Shown here: positions 29,591 to 40,686 of the stretch, in pieces
Numbering within the stretch: position 1 is the stretch's first letter
Layout of the letters: each line of letters begins with the position of its first letter
NCBI GenBank assembly: GCA_963824495.1
Contig: CAWGPQ010000006.1
Coordinates: 32,001-96,000, forward strand
DNA from: an uncultured bacterium
GTDB taxonomy: Bacteria; Babelota; Babeliae; Babelales; Babelaceae
Direction of reading: 5' to 3'
DNA length: 64,000 nucleotides
The notes under the pieces: model-generated
What the model was told of the DNA's origin: nothing
Seen by the model: only the letters and a program-made list of their open reading frames with translations
The model's database searches: none
Program-made: the position numbers and the translations under genes

Positions 29591-30292
29591 TCATTTGTAT
29601 GCCGATCGGTCAGGTAGATTGCTCATGGCATAAAGTACTTTATCTTCTTTAAGCGCAAATCTACCTTGTATATATTGAGCAAAATTTTGCTTTTTTAGCA
29701 CAAGACTATCATAGCCTGTTTTGAGCAGCCTGAGGGTGAGCCCAGCAAGAATGTGCTCCATAGTTTGGGTAATATTATCCAGAGAATTGATATTCTCAGT
29801 CATGAGCTCGATTTCTAAAAAGGTACCAAGATCTACAACTTCGTCTATATAAATAGTGAATATTCCACTGGTATAAGAAGATCTCATTTTGTCGACAATG
29901 CGATGATTAATAAGTTGATTATCCCGCATGAACAGCTGTACATCTGGCGATGCTAAGTGCCTTAGTCCAAGAAGTGGAGCTAGATCGTTAAGTGCTGTAA
30001 GATTTTCTTGGCGCAAGGGTAATGCAAAGCTATATTCTTCACAATAAGGTTGAAGATCAAGATCTGGGTTATATAAGCATTCACGATTGAACTTGATGTC
30101 CATTTTTTTGTTATTTCGTATGCGAATATAGATACCCTTTTTAAGAAAGTCAGCATCTGTGGTATCAAGATAGCTGTCAACTACTCGCTTATGCTCTCGT
30201 GGATTTAAACGTGCTAGAAATGCTGGTAATTGTGTGATATCAACTACTTCGTAGCGCAATTCTATCTCTATATTATTCGTGTTTTTGTTCAT
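29591..30292 (-). CDS. CYTH-domain protein (class IV adenylate cyclase/triphosphate tunnel family)
   Basis: EIELRY, IRIR, K.R, DEV..LGTFLEIE. Confidence 0.88.
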   Translation of the reverse strand: MNKNTNNIEIELRYEVVDITQLPAFLARLNPREHKRVVDSYLDTTDADFLKKGIYIRIRNNKKMDIKFNRECLYNPDLDLQPYCEEYSFALPLRQENLTALNDLAPLLGLRHLASPDVQLFMRDNQLINHRIVDKMRSSYTSGIFTIYIDEVVDLGTFLEIELMTENINSLDNITQTMEHILAGLTLRLLKTGYDSLVLKKQNFAQYIQGRFALKEDKVLYAMSNLPDRSAYK

Positions 30293-30438
30293 GTTTTTCA
30301 GCCCGTAAAGAAGCGATGGTCAGAAGTTTAGCTACTCATGTAATGCAAGCTTAAGAAAGCAGCTTAAGATCAATTAACTAAAATTTAACAGACAATAGCA
30401 CATGCGTCAAAAGAGTGATAAGTAATATGTTGTGCTTG

Positions 30439-32997
30439 CTATACTAAAACGATTTGATCACCGAGCATCTCTACAGTAATTGCTTTTTTGTCGGGATTAC
30501 GTAGTAAAAGCTGTGATACTGGCACGCTAATATACTGCTGTATTGCACGCTTAAGGGGACGTGCACCGAATTCTGGTTCATAGCCGAGTCGGGCAAGAGT
30601 ATCGAGTACTTTTGGCTCAACTTTGAGGGTAATAAAGCGTTCAGCTAAACGTTGAATAAGACGGTCAATTTGCAAGCGAGCTATAGCAATGATATCATCA
30701 TGCGTGAGCATGTTAAATATAACAATGGCATCGATACGGTTAAGAAATTCTGGCTTAAATGTACGTCGTACGACTTCGTTAATTGCAGCTCTGACACGGT
30801 CATTTACCTCTTGAGCTTTAAGAATAATATCTGAGCCTAAATTTGATGTCATGATAATAATGGTATTTTTAAATGAGACTGTGCGGCCTTGGCTGTCAGT
30901 CAAATGACCTTCATCAAGAACTTGTAAAAAAATATTAAATACATCCGGATGAGCTTTTTCTATCTCATCAAAGAGCACAACACTGTACGGATGTCGTCGA
31001 ACTGCTTCAGTAAGTTGGCCACCTTCTTCATAGCCAACATAGCCGGGAGGCGCACCGATAAGACGTGCAACGCTATGTTTCTCCATATATTCAGACATAT
31101 CAATACGGATAAGTCGCTTGGGGTCGTTAAACAAAAACTCCGCTAAGCTACGTGCAGCTTCGGTTTTGCCAACACCGGTGGGACCTAAAAATAAAAATGA
31201 GCCAATCGGTCTGTTCGGTTCGGCAAGCCCTGTTCTATGTAACTGAATAGCATGGGCAATCTCGCTGATGGCTTGATCTTGCCCGATAACATGCTCACGT
31301 AAAATTTGTTCCATTGCGAGAAGTTTTTGTGTTTCGCTTGCTTGAAGCTTCTCGGCTGGAATACCCGTCCAGCGTGAAAGAATCGCAGCGATATCACTTT
31401 CGTCAACCTCTTCTTTAATGAGCGTTGTGCCAAGAGCTTTAATTTTTTCGTTTTCTTGCTTAAGCTCTTTTTCTAATTTCATGAGCCGGCCATACTTAAT
31501 TTCTGAAGCTCGAGCAAAGTCACCTTCACGCTCTGCTTGTTGAAACAAGTTCTGCGTGACCTCTATGTCTGTTTTAATTTTATTGACAAGCTCAAGTGGC
31601 GCTTTTTCAGCTTTCCATTTATTGAGCAGTGTGTAAAATTCTTCACGAAGTTTAGCCAATTCGCTTTCTAAGTCGGTTAATCGTTTTACTGATTCATCAC
31701 TTTTTTCTTTAAGCAGTGCTACTTTTTCAATTTCAAGCTGTCGTATACGGCGATCAAGTTGATCTATTGCTTCCGGTTGTGATTCGATAGACATCTTTAC
31801 CATAGCTGCAGCTTCGTCAACAAGATCTATGGCTTTATCGGGAAGGAATCGTTCGGGTATATTGCGTGCGGATAATAGGACAGCATCGACGAGAGCCTGA
31901 TCTTTAATACGAATACCATGATGCAGCTCATAGCGTTCTTTAAGGCCGCGTAAAATAGAGATAGCATCTTCAATTGAAGGCTCTTCAACAAGAACTTGCT
32001 GAAAGCGCCGTTCAAGTGCTGCATCTTTTTCTATATATTTTTTGTATTCACGAAGTGTGGTTGCGCCTACACAATGAAGTAAGCCCCGAGCAAGCGCAGG
32101 CTTGAGCATGTTAGAGGCATCCATACCACCTCCAGCAGCACCAGCACCCACGAGCATGTGTAACTCGTCAATAAAAAGAATGATATGATCGGTAGATGAT
32201 TCGATCTCTTTTAAGACGCCCTTAAGACGCTCTTCAAATTCACCCTGATATTTAGCCCCTGCTATAAGCAATCCAAGATCAAGTGCATAAATAGTGCTTC
32301 CCTTGAGGCTTTCAGGGATATCATTATTAACGATGCGTTGTGCGATGCCTTCAACGATAGCTGTTTTGCCAACACCAGGTTCACCAATTAAGACTGGATT
32401 GTTTTTTGTACGGCGAGAAAGAATTTGAATAACACGCCTAATCTCTTCATGACGTCCTATAACAGGATCAAGTCTACCCTCACGTGCCTGATTAGTAATA
32501 TTTTGGCAATATTTTTCCAGCATCTGGTACTGGTTCTCGGCATTCTTATCAGTTACGATTTTACCCTTACGCACTGTTTGCATATGAGCTAAAATTGTTT
32601 GCCGATTAAACTGAGTTTTTTTAAAATAATCCCGTATTTCTTTTGGTAGGTCATGTGTTTCAGATAAACCGATAAGAATGTGCTCGAGGCTGATATAGCG
32701 GTCATTAAGTTTGTCTGCTTCTTTTTTACAAAGGTTAAAAAAATCTTCAAGCGTATAATCTACTGCTAGACGTCCGCCTTCTACATGCGGCATAGCTTCA
32801 AATTCTTTACGTACCATATCTTTGACGATAGTGATGTTTACGTTAAGCACGGTATAAAAAGAGCGGCAAAATTCGTTTTCAAGAGTTGCGGCCAATAGAT
32901 GAATTGGCTTGACTGTTGGATGTTTATAGTCTGATGCTATTTCTACCGCTTTATTAAGAAGCTCCTGTGTCGATGTAGTAAAGTTTTCTGGCGTCAT
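30439..32997 (-). CDS. clpB: ATP-dependent chaperone ClpB
   Basis: Two AAA+ modules ([16 protein letters not shown]), coiled-coil middle domain, GARPLKR. Confidence 0.97.
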   Translation of the reverse strand: MTPENFTTSTQELLNKAVEIASDYKHPTVKPIHLLAATLENEFCRSFYTVLNVNITIVKDMVRKEFEAMPHVEGGRLAVDYTLEDFFNLCKKEADKLNDRYISLEHILIGLSETHDLPKEIRDYFKKTQFNRQTILAHMQTVRKGKIVTDKNAENQYQMLEKYCQNITNQAREGRLDPVIGRHEEIRRVIQILSRRTKNNPVLIGEPGVGKTAIVEGIAQRIVNNDIPESLKGSTIYALDLGLLIAGAKYQGEFEERLKGVLKEIESSTDHIILFIDELHMLVGAGAAGGGMDASNMLKPALARGLLHCVGATTLREYKKYIEKDAALERRFQQVLVEEPSIEDAISILRGLKERYELHHGIRIKDQALVDAVLLSARNIPERFLPDKAIDLVDEAAAMVKMSIESQPEAIDQLDRRIRQLEIEKVALLKEKSDESVKRLTDLESELAKLREEFYTLLNKWKAEKAPLELVNKIKTDIEVTQNLFQQAEREGDFARASEIKYGRLMKLEKELKQENEKIKALGTTLIKEEVDESDIAAILSRWTGIPAEKLQASETQKLLAMEQILREHVIGQDQAISEIAHAIQLHRTGLAEPNRPIGSFLFLGPTGVGKTEAARSLAEFLFNDPKRLIRIDMSEYMEKHSVARLIGAPPGYVGYEEGGQLTEAVRRHPYSVVLFDEIEKAHPDVFNIFLQVLDEGHLTDSQGRTVSFKNTIIIMTSNLGSDIILKAQEVNDRVRAAINEVVRRTFKPEFLNRIDAIVIFNMLTHDDIIAIARLQIDRLIQRLAERFITLKVEPKVLDTLARLGYEPEFGARPLKRAIQQYISVPVSQLLLRNPDKKAITVEMLGDQIVLV

Positions 32998-33109
32998 AGC
33001 GTACGTACCTCTTGTTGCATTATGTGTATATACGGGCTTATACTATATTGCAAGATTGTTATCAATAATTAGCATAAAGGCAATCATAGAAATATGAAAG
33101 AGGACTCTT

Positions 33110-33781
33110 ATGAAGTATTTGGTTAAAAGCTTTTTATTGCTGTCTTTGGCTGCTCAGTATTCACTCGTGGCACGGGATTTGCGTAACGATTTTTCTGTAT
33201 GGAAATCTAGAGAAAAATCTCGAGTAACACAAGATCAAGATTACTATGAGCCATTTGCACCGGAAGTTGAGCAGCAAGAAATACTTGAGAACCAAACCCG
33301 TGAGCTTCGTGAACTACTAAGTCTGGACGATAACGAATACGAAGAAATAACAGGTCCTGCTATTTTGACAGCTGAACCCTATCGATCGCTCGTACCACAA
33401 GATATGCAGGATGATCTACAGCACCAGCTTTTAACAGAAAGCATGCGAAGTTCTAGCCCTGATGAGCTCGGTGCTATTGCGCGTAACTTTGAAGAAAACT
33501 TGCAAAAAGAGTTTAACCTAAGCTGGCAAGGTGACCGAGACTACGAGATATGGCTTGCTGATCTTGACAGTTATTTTCAATTCGTAGATAACCCTGACCG
33601 AGATGTATATAGAGCTTTAAGAGACGATTTTGATGAAAGCGTTCGTAATGCTGCTGTACTTCACTGTGCAAAGCTTATTCAGGTAAATCGAAGAATGCTT
33701 GATATTTTAAAAAAGCATGAAATTGCTCTTAAAGAGCACGTGCGTCAACTATGTTTTAAGAAGTCCTATACGTTACGATAA
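33110..33781 (+). CDS. Hypothetical secreted acidic helical protein
   Basis: Signal peptide, GAGGA SD. Confidence 0.65.
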   Translation: MKYLVKSFLLLSLAAQYSLVARDLRNDFSVWKSREKSRVTQDQDYYEPFAPEVEQQEILENQTRELRELLSLDDNEYEEITGPAILTAEPYRSLVPQDMQDDLQHQLLTESMRSSSPDELGAIARNFEENLQKEFNLSWQGDRDYEIWLADLDSYFQFVDNPDRDVYRALRDDFDESVRNAAVLHCAKLIQVNRRMLDILKKHEIALKEHVRQLCFKKSYTLR

Positions 33782-33925
33782 GCTTCTGTTTGTCAAAAGT
33801 GTAAATTTGACACGCCCTATAGTGTTCTTGTTGTTTTTAAATTTTGATGCTAAAATTTCATCTTGTATAATTAAAAGAGCGACACGTATAAATTAGGCAA
33901 GAGCATAACTATTAAAAGCACAACT

Positions 33926-34726
33926 ATGATGTATAAATTTTTGAACGCAGTGATATTGATAGCAGTATGCTTAATGTATAGCACGTATGCTCTTACACTT
34001 CAAGGTACTATTCGAGAGCTTGATCAAATATGGGTGCTATCAGAATATCTTGAAGATCTACATATATTTGAGCACATGTCTGCCAAGCAAGAAGAACAGA
34101 TATATGATCAGCATCAGCAATTATTAGGGTTGCTTCCGCTCTATCTAGAAAAATGTGGTGATGCATGTATTAGCTATGATCATGAAAAGCACGCATCGAT
34201 TTTAAACTCACCTGCATTATTACTTAAAATTGTACAATCTGTTAAGATATCCGCTCGCGTATATGATGAAAAAACTTTTGGTGATCTATCTATCCGTGAT
34301 CTTATGAGGCATGCATCGATTTTAAAATCGCCTGAATTATTACTTAAAATTGTACAATATGTTAAGATGTCCGCCCGTGTATATGATGACGAAACTTCGT
34401 CTATAGCTTTTGATGATGTACTTATTCGTGATTTTAGACACCTTATGCGTCTAAAATACACTATGACAGGTATTAAGTCGGTTATCGAAAACCAAGCAGA
34501 TACTGTGCAAGCACGTTTGAAGTTATGGCCATCCTTGCTCAGCTATATACAGCATCATGCTGCTTGGTTTATAACGTATGCTCAAGATAGTTATGCTCGA
34601 TTATTTGATAAGTATCAAGAACTTGAGGCACAAGTTGCATCGAGTATTATTGACTCCATGATCAAAAGTGACCAAATCTTTATTGATGACCTTACATGCG
34701 TAATGCATGAAGATATCTTAAAATAG
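33926..34726 (+). CDS. Hypothetical secreted protein with internal 40-aa duplication
   Basis: Signal peptide; HASIL.SP.LLLKIVQ.VK.SARVYD occurs twice. Confidence 0.7.
   Translation: MMYKFLNAVILIAVCLMYSTYALTLQGTIRELDQIWVLSEYLEDLHIFEHMSAKQEEQIYDQHQQLLGLLPLYLEKCGDACISYDHEKHASILNSPALLLKIVQSVKISARVYDEKTFGDLSIRDLMRHASILKSPELLLKIVQYVKMSARVYDDETSSIAFDDVLIRDFRHLMRLKYTMTGIKSVIENQADTVQARLKLWPSLLSYIQHHAAWFITYAQDSYARLFDKYQELEAQVASSIIDSMIKSDQIFIDDLTCVMHEDILK
34189..34449 (+). repeat. Imperfect tandem duplication, 120-bp offset
   Basis: GCACGCATCGATTTTAAACTCACCTG at 34189 vs GCATGCATCGATTTTAAAATCGCCTG at 34309. Confidence 0.9.
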
Positions 34727-34733
34727 CTTGGGT

Positions 34734-35051
34734 CTAAAATTGTACAATCCACCGGCAGAGAAATCCAAGCTTATGCTTATAGCCGATTCCTAGGTTGCCA
34801 TCTCCAATATGCGCCACAATGGGCATACCCTGTATGGTTTTTAACAACTTTTGAGAAGCTGCTTTAACAGGTAGGGCAGGTTTATCCAAGAATATCAAAT
34901 GCGCTTGCTGATTAATAAGCTTTTTGTCGAGCATATATAGTGTTACGTGCTCTGCATACAGTGGTTTGGCAAGAGTTAAAGAGAGCAGTATGCCTAAAGC
35001 CTGTGCTCCCTGCGCTCTATAAGACGTAAGCTTCACCGTAAAACACTCCAT
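34734..35051 (-). CDS. Hypothetical protein
   Basis: ORF with signal-like hydrophobic segment only. Confidence 0.4.
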   Translation of the reverse strand: MECFTVKLTSYRAQGAQALGILLSLTLAKPLYAEHVTLYMLDKKLINQQAHLIFLDKPALPVKAASQKLLKTIQGMPIVAHIGDGNLGIGYKHKLGFLCRWIVQF

Positions 35052-35131
35052 ATAATGAGCTAGGCGTTGTGGAATATCACTTAGTTATTTTAGCACAAAG
35101 AGACAAAGCTTTCCAAGAGCTTATATCAAGC

Positions 35132-35206
35132 AAAAAAGAGGCCCATCCTCTCAAGCGGCGCAGTAAGTAGGGTCTTTTATGCAGTTTTACCGCTTGAAAA
35201 GATGGG
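35132..35206 (-). terminator. Long hairpin plus U-tract downstream of 35225-35614
   Basis: 17-bp arms 35142-35158 / 35190-35206 whose two mismatches become G-U pairs on the minus strand; followed by TTTTTT on minus. Confidence 0.55.
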
Positions 35207-35224
35207 TTTATTTATACATGCCTA

Positions 35225-35614
35225 TTAGCAAAATATGCATCCCATAAGAGCAAACTTTGCCGCTGCAAATGCGCTTCCTGCAACTACAAGGCCAAGTCCT
35301 ACGACACTGCCGCAAATGCAAGCTGTTAGTGCCAATGGCCCCATGCCAGTGCTTGGTCGCGCTCTAGGGACATCTTGCTGCCGGTCGTATTGAGCATCGA
35401 AGTCCTGACTAACAGGAACCTGCTTTCTTTGAGCATGTGTATGGCGTTGAGTATGATATGATTGTGGTCTATTTTCTTGTCTTCCAGTATTTCGGGCATT
35501 AAGGGGAAGCATAAGCCCTGATAAAGATATGACTGCCAATGCCAATGCTTTGTATGATGTTAGATTCATAGAAAATCCTTTCTTGTTTATGGCAGATGTC
35601 ACAATACTCGACAT
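35225..35614 (-). CDS. Hypothetical protein with signal peptide and C-terminal hydrophobic segment
   Basis: Likely start MNLTSY after AAAGGA SD. Confidence 0.6.
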   Translation of the reverse strand: MSSIVTSAINKKGFSMNLTSYKALALAVISLSGLMLPLNARNTGRQENRPQSYHTQRHTHAQRKQVPVSQDFDAQYDRQQDVPRARPSTGMGPLALTACICGSVVGLGLVVAGSAFAAAKFALMGCIFC

Positions 35615-35776
35615 GTATTAGTCTAGACACTTTGACAGAAATATCAAAAGGCTCTATTTATTGGCATACTATATATAAAAATCATAACAGTGTATTACGT
35701 TATGAGCACGTTATGCTTCGGTTAAAATAGTTCATGATATAGTGTAGCACAGCTGCACTGCACCATATCCATAAGC

Positions 35777-36598
35777 CTATCGTGAAAAAACCATGCTGTT
35801 GATAGAAGAAAAAAGAATGCCAGTACTCGGTAAAGCTAGCGCTTGCGTGCTTTTAGACAACATAATAGCACCTGCAATACCAAGTAAGCTTGATAAAACT
35901 TTTGAGCACGTAGTATTAAAGATGTGCACGTATGACTTTAAAAATACGTGAGCAATAATAACGCCACATAGTAGGAAGATCACAGGTAACGCATGGGGGC
36001 GATGGGCAGAGGGCTAGTAAAAAAAGAATAAGAGCTGCATGAAAAGCTAATTGATGCAATTTTGAGTAAGCCTGCACGTGCTTTTCTATATGAGTGAAGG
36101 AAAGGTTATAGCTTGCCAAGATTATCGTGCCCAGTATATATCCACCGAGAACATCTGAAGGGAAATGAGCCCCTAGATAAATTCGTGTTGTTCCTATTAG
36201 TAGTATTAATATAATAGGGCATATTCTTAATAAAAAATTTTTTGACTTAAGCAAAGAAAAGATAAACCCTAAACATATCACTGCCGCATTTGCTGCTCAA
36301 CTGGGAAAGCCATAGCCAGTAGTACCTAAGATCTTCAGAGATAACATCACATCATATGGTCTAGGCTGAGCAAAAAAGCCTTTAGTGTTTTATGTAAGAT
36401 TCCTCCAAAAGTCAAAAGATACAGCAGGTGAAAGGCACTTTTTTCACTTTTAAAATTCCTGACCACTATGACAATGATCATATAGGTCAAGTCACTATCA
36501 AAAATATTAAGTGTCAAAAAGATTTGATCTATCCAAGCACTACGTATAGACTGAAGCGCTTTAATCAGAGTAAGTTCCGCAAGATGTAGCTCATTCAT
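35777..36598 (-). pseudogene. PAP2-family phosphatase pseudogene
   Basis: K....PRP split by frameshift, GFPS followed by in-frame TGA, TRIYLGAHFPSDVLGG; three fragments. Confidence 0.85.
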
Positions 36599-36780
36599 TA
36601 AAGCTTTCCCCTGACGACGCCAGTTTGGACAATTTGTTGAAAGGCATGATAGCACAAAAACAAAAAAAGGCTTAGGTATAGAGCAGGAGGAACTACCTGT
36701 GCACTGTTCAATTGTTACAAAAATGTTTACAAAAGAGTAGTTTTTCTGATATATTTATTCTGTAAAGACTGGAGGAAAGC

Positions 36781-37026
36781 ATGAGTAAGATAATTAGGAT
36801 TAGCGAAGAAGCTTATATCAAGCTCAGCGAGCTGGCGGAAGCGTTGGGCGCACCAAGAACGAGAGTAGTAGAAAAAGCTCTTGATAAATTAGCAGGTGAG
36901 CAACTTCTGAAAAGAGCTAATAGAGCTTATGAAGAGCTCATGAAAGATCCCCAAGCTTGGCAAGAAGAGCTTGAGGAGAGAAAAGACTGGGAAGCAACTC
37001 TAGGAGATGGCTTAGAAAGCTTATGA
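36781..37026 (+). CDS. Antitoxin (RHH-like) of a MazEF-type module
   Basis: IRISEEAY..L..LA, acidic C-terminus WEATLGDGL; GGAGG SD; overlaps toxin start. Confidence 0.85.
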   Translation: MSKIIRISEEAYIKLSELAEALGAPRTRVVEKALDKLAGEQLLKRANRAYEELMKDPQAWQEELEERKDWEATLGDGLESL

Positions 37027-37385
37027 GCACTCAAGTTAAACGACCTCTTCGTGGAGAAATCTGGTTGGTAAGCCTTGATCCTACGATTGGAAGAGAGCAA
37101 GCTAAAACTAGACCATGCGTTGTAGTATCGGCCGATGGCTTTAATAAGGGTCCTTTCGGCTTGTTTATAGTTATCCCTTTGACATCTAAAGATAAAAGAA
37201 ACCCCTTGCATATCCCTATCGATCCCCCTGAAGGTGGGCTTTTGGTCAAATCATTTGCTTTAACAGAGCATATACGATCTACGTCATATGAGCGTTTTTC
37301 TCATCGATCAATGGGAAGAGTGCATGATACTACGCTCAAAGCTATAGAGCATAGGCTCAAAATACTTCTAGGCTTTGATTTCTAA
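37023..37385 (+). CDS. mazF: PemK/MazF-family endoribonuclease toxin
   Basis: RGEIWLVSLDPTIGREQAKTRPCVVVS..FN, IPLTS. Confidence 0.93.
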   Translation: MSTQVKRPLRGEIWLVSLDPTIGREQAKTRPCVVVSADGFNKGPFGLFIVIPLTSKDKRNPLHIPIDPPEGGLLVKSFALTEHIRSTSYERFSHRSMGRVHDTTLKAIEHRLKILLGFDF

Positions 37386-37583
37386 GCAAAAATCGCAATA
37401 AACAAGATTGCTCATACCGACAAGAAGAGAACCCCCAGTACGTGGATTTGGTACGTAAAGTTATTGCTTTTGTACAAACTAATATTTTCGTGCAATTCTA
37501 AATAGTCTTATAATTCAATATATGATGATCTATAGAAACTGAGTGTACGTTAAGCAGTTGATATTATTGATGATGTCAGCTGC

Positions 37584-38891
37584 TTAAAATTCTCTACTGT
37601 CAAAATAAGAAAGATTCTCGTTTTTGCTGGTGCGCAGAGCTTTGTTGCGTAATTTTTTATGGTAACTGATAGCAAAATGGTGTGCGTAATCACGCAAGGC
37701 TATAAGCAGTTGACCTAGATCGGTAGCAAGATCAAGCTTGATTCCGTTGGGGGGTAAATTATGAGCAAAAAGCTGCTCTTCCCGTTTTGCAAGGCTTATG
37801 CATAGAGCAGAAGGAACTATCTGTTTGACTGCGCTTAGTTGGCCTTTGCCTCCATCAATTACTATAATGTCGGGCAGATCGTCATCATGTTTGTAGCGTC
37901 GCGAGACAATTTCTTGTAATGCAGCGTAGTCATTTTGTTCTTTAAGAGATCTAATGAGAAAACGTCGAAACTTATTCTTATCAGGCTGACCATCAGTAAA
38001 TCTGATACAGGAGCCTACAATATGAGTGCTCTGAAAATGCGAAATATCAAAGCAATCAAGGGTACGCGGTAGGTTAGGTAATTGTAAGAGTTTCTGGAGC
38101 TCGAGCAATGCGAAAGAGAATGCAGAAGCTGGACGACGGAGAAGGGTAGCATGCTCAATTTCTTTTGCGTACTTTTGTTCTGAAAAGCGTGTTTTAAGTG
38201 TTTCAAAAATAGTAGCAAAGTTTTTTTGATATTCGCTTAAATGCTTTGATTTCTCAAAATCTAAGTTTTTATTATGATACATGATCTGTTCTTCTAGTAA
38301 CGCTAGAAATTGCTCGTGGTTGCCCTTGAGTGCTTCATGAGCGAGCTTGACATGCAATCGATACTCATCGGGGTTAAATGTCGTCGTACAATTTCCAGCG
38401 CATCGGTCAAGATGATAATCAAGGCACCCTTCTTTAATAGAACTTTTACAGAGCTTAAGGCGAAACGTACGTACCAAATAATCGTAGCCATTACGTACAT
38501 CATGTTTACTCATGAATGGGCCGAAATAGATACCCTTCTCTTGTTGTACTCGGACAAGCTTAAATTCGGGTAACTCAGCATCAGTGATCAACACATACAT
38601 AAATGGATTGCCACTTTTAAGTAAAACATTATATTTTGGCTGATAATCGCGGATAAGTTGAGCTTCTAGGAGTAATGCTTCTGTCTCGTTTTTGGTCACG
38701 ATATAGTCGACCGTAGCATGTTCTTTGATAAGCTCGTTAATTTTCCAATCAGTGTATCGCTTGGCAAAATATGATGCAACTCGCTTATATAATGACTTGG
38801 CTTTGCCAATATAAATAATCGTATGAGCACTATCTTTAAATAGATAGACGCCAGGTAATGTAGGTATATTTTTGAGTAGAGGAGTGCTCAT
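37584..38891 (-). CDS. uvrC: Excinuclease UvrC, short form lacking the C-terminal HhH domain
   Basis: PGVYLF..IYIGKAKSL (GIY-YIG), CFDISH, PDIIVIDGGKGQL, RDYAHHFAI. Confidence 0.92.
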   Translation of the reverse strand: MSTPLLKNIPTLPGVYLFKDSAHTIIYIGKAKSLYKRVASYFAKRYTDWKINELIKEHATVDYIVTKNETEALLLEAQLIRDYQPKYNVLLKSGNPFMYVLITDAELPEFKLVRVQQEKGIYFGPFMSKHDVRNGYDYLVRTFRLKLCKSSIKEGCLDYHLDRCAGNCTTTFNPDEYRLHVKLAHEALKGNHEQFLALLEEQIMYHNKNLDFEKSKHLSEYQKNFATIFETLKTRFSEQKYAKEIEHATLLRRPASAFSFALLELQKLLQLPNLPRTLDCFDISHFQSTHIVGSCIRFTDGQPDKNKFRRFLIRSLKEQNDYAALQEIVSRRYKHDDDLPDIIVIDGGKGQLSAVKQIVPSALCISLAKREEQLFAHNLPPNGIKLDLATDLGQLLIALRDYAHHFAISYHKKLRNKALRTSKNENLSYFDSREF

Positions 38892-38984
38892 TGCTAAAGA
38901 TTTCCCTTGTACTAGTAAGATATACTAAAAGTATAGCTTATATTAAAAGTTTGTAAATAAAATATCGTTGAACGGCCTCTAAAA

Positions 38985-39653
38985 TTAGCCCTTGAAAACG
39001 CCCTCAAATACGCATCCTGAAAGTGGCATGCGATGAGAAGGAAATTCGCGCTTACGTAAGTACTCAGGTAGATCTTTGGGATTGCCCTGTCTTCCAATAG
39101 CAACCATTGCCTCTACTTTATAGTTGGCTGGTATCTTGAGTTCTTTGGCTGCTTGATCGTAATCAAAACCACCAATGCCATGGATGACAAGGCGGGGGAT
39201 ATCTGCCCCTTGGAGCGCAAGATTTTCCCAGGCAGCACCTGTATCAAACGAATGGGTAGTTGAATTCTTGTTCGAAATAATCACAATAAGCGCTCCAGCT
39301 TTGTCTGCCCATTTTTTATTTCCTGGAGCAAGTAGGTTAAAAAAGCGATCCCAATCATCTGTGCCGGCCAAAGCATAAATAAACCCCCACGGCTGCTTAT
39401 TATCTGATGAGGGAGCCCATCGTGCTGCTTCAAAAAGCTGCATAAGCTCGTCACGTGTCACGGGCTCGCCGGACATAGCATAGGATGACCATCGTTTAAG
39501 AAAAAGTTCATTGATAGGATGACTTGCTTGGCGTTTGAACTTCTTTTCTTGCAGAGCTGTTTTGTGTGCTATTGCGTATGTCATACATGGCAACAAAAAT
39601 AAAAATACATAATATAGCATGTTTTTTATACTCATCTTATCTCTCCTTATCAT
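38985..39653 (-). CDS. Nitroreductase family protein with signal-like N-terminus
   Basis: KRWS, AARWAPSS.NKQPW, FDTGAA, GGFD, AIG. Confidence 0.92.
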   Translation of the reverse strand: MIRRDKMSIKNMLYYVFLFLLPCMTYAIAHKTALQEKKFKRQASHPINELFLKRWSSYAMSGEPVTRDELMQLFEAARWAPSSDNKQPWGFIYALAGTDDWDRFFNLLAPGNKKWADKAGALIVIISNKNSTTHSFDTGAAWENLALQGADIPRLVIHGIGGFDYDQAAKELKIPANYKVEAMVAIGRQGNPKDLPEYLRKREFPSHRMPLSGCVFEGVFKG

Positions 39654-39954
39654 ATGGGCTCCTGTTTTTAACTATACCCTTTTGTGAGTACTTTCTGCAA
39701 TACTTGAAAGTGCTTTTATTAAGATCTAGAGCTATTAATAAGCACTGTGTTATCGATAATGGTGCTCTGGTGGAGGCTATTATGAGTGATCATCTATTTA
39801 AGCAGGCTCCACGTAAGGTTTAATACACATATTATTAATTTGCATAAATTTTTTATAAATTATAAACTATTGAATTTTATATTGGAAATTTTATATAGTA
39901 AATAGTAGTAGGGCCAAAACTATTGAATAATATTAAAAAATAGGTCAAATTATC

Positions 39955-40671
39955 ATGTTTTTAAGTGATGTAAAAGTTGCGCTTATACTACTTATCGTCT
40001 TATATAGCGTGCAACTGAAGGCACCCGATGGCTTACCCTCTGGCATACCGCCGGAAATGGCGGATTGGCTTGAATTTGGGCTAAGACCTCCGCAAATAGA
40101 AGCCCTCTTGGAAGCTGAACAGAGACGGCTTGAGCGAGCCCTAGCTCGAGAGCAGTTAACCGAGGCTGAGATCGAAGAGTTAGAGAAAGCTGGGGCTTTT
40201 ACCTCACGTTCCACTGCTCAAGATGTAGAAAAAAATCTGCTTGATTTTAATGAGAAATTAAAAAATGACTTCCATAACTACTATCAAGGGCATGTTATTA
40301 CCGTTAAGCAGTTCAATGCTTTGCTGAACCGTATGAAAGAAATTAGAAAATCTGAGGCTGGCAAAACTTTAGAAGAACTTACAAAGTTACGCCAAGATCT
40401 GAATCCTGAATTGAAGATTCTTTATAATGAGGGCCTTAAAATAAGGCAAGACCTTGATGCCCAGATAATTCAAGTTAAAAACATAATTTCTTCTGCTGAA
40501 GAATTCTTTAGAAGTATCCCACCTTATCCTGAATTAGGTGATGTTCGTAGTCAAGCTCGGACGATGCTTGATTATATACGTAATTTTTATAGCTCAGAGT
40601 TTTCTCAAGAAAGGTTAAAAGTAATCAATGGCATACTTGATACTATAACTAAAAGTCTTGAACAATTTTGA
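39955..40671 (+). CDS. Tandem secreted paralog P1
   Basis: Signal peptide-KAPDG; PPE..WL..GL.P.Q; LEAE.RRLERALA; IPPYPELGD. Confidence 0.85.
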   Translation: MFLSDVKVALILLIVLYSVQLKAPDGLPSGIPPEMADWLEFGLRPPQIEALLEAEQRRLERALAREQLTEAEIEELEKAGAFTSRSTAQDVEKNLLDFNEKLKNDFHNYYQGHVITVKQFNALLNRMKEIRKSEAGKTLEELTKLRQDLNPELKILYNEGLKIRQDLDAQIIQVKNIISSAEEFFRSIPPYPELGDVRSQARTMLDYIRNFYSSEFSQERLKVINGILDTITKSLEQF

Positions 40672-40686
40672 AGAATAAGGAGAAAA

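Noticed and set aside
30395..30421. CIRCE-like ATAGCACAT-N9-GAGTGATAA
   Set aside because: 4 mismatches to consensus, and downstream rather than upstream of clpB
33015..33053. Imperfect inverted repeat upstream of clpB as a heat-shock operator
   Set aside because: Matches neither CIRCE nor CtsR/HAIR consensus; AT-rich and weak
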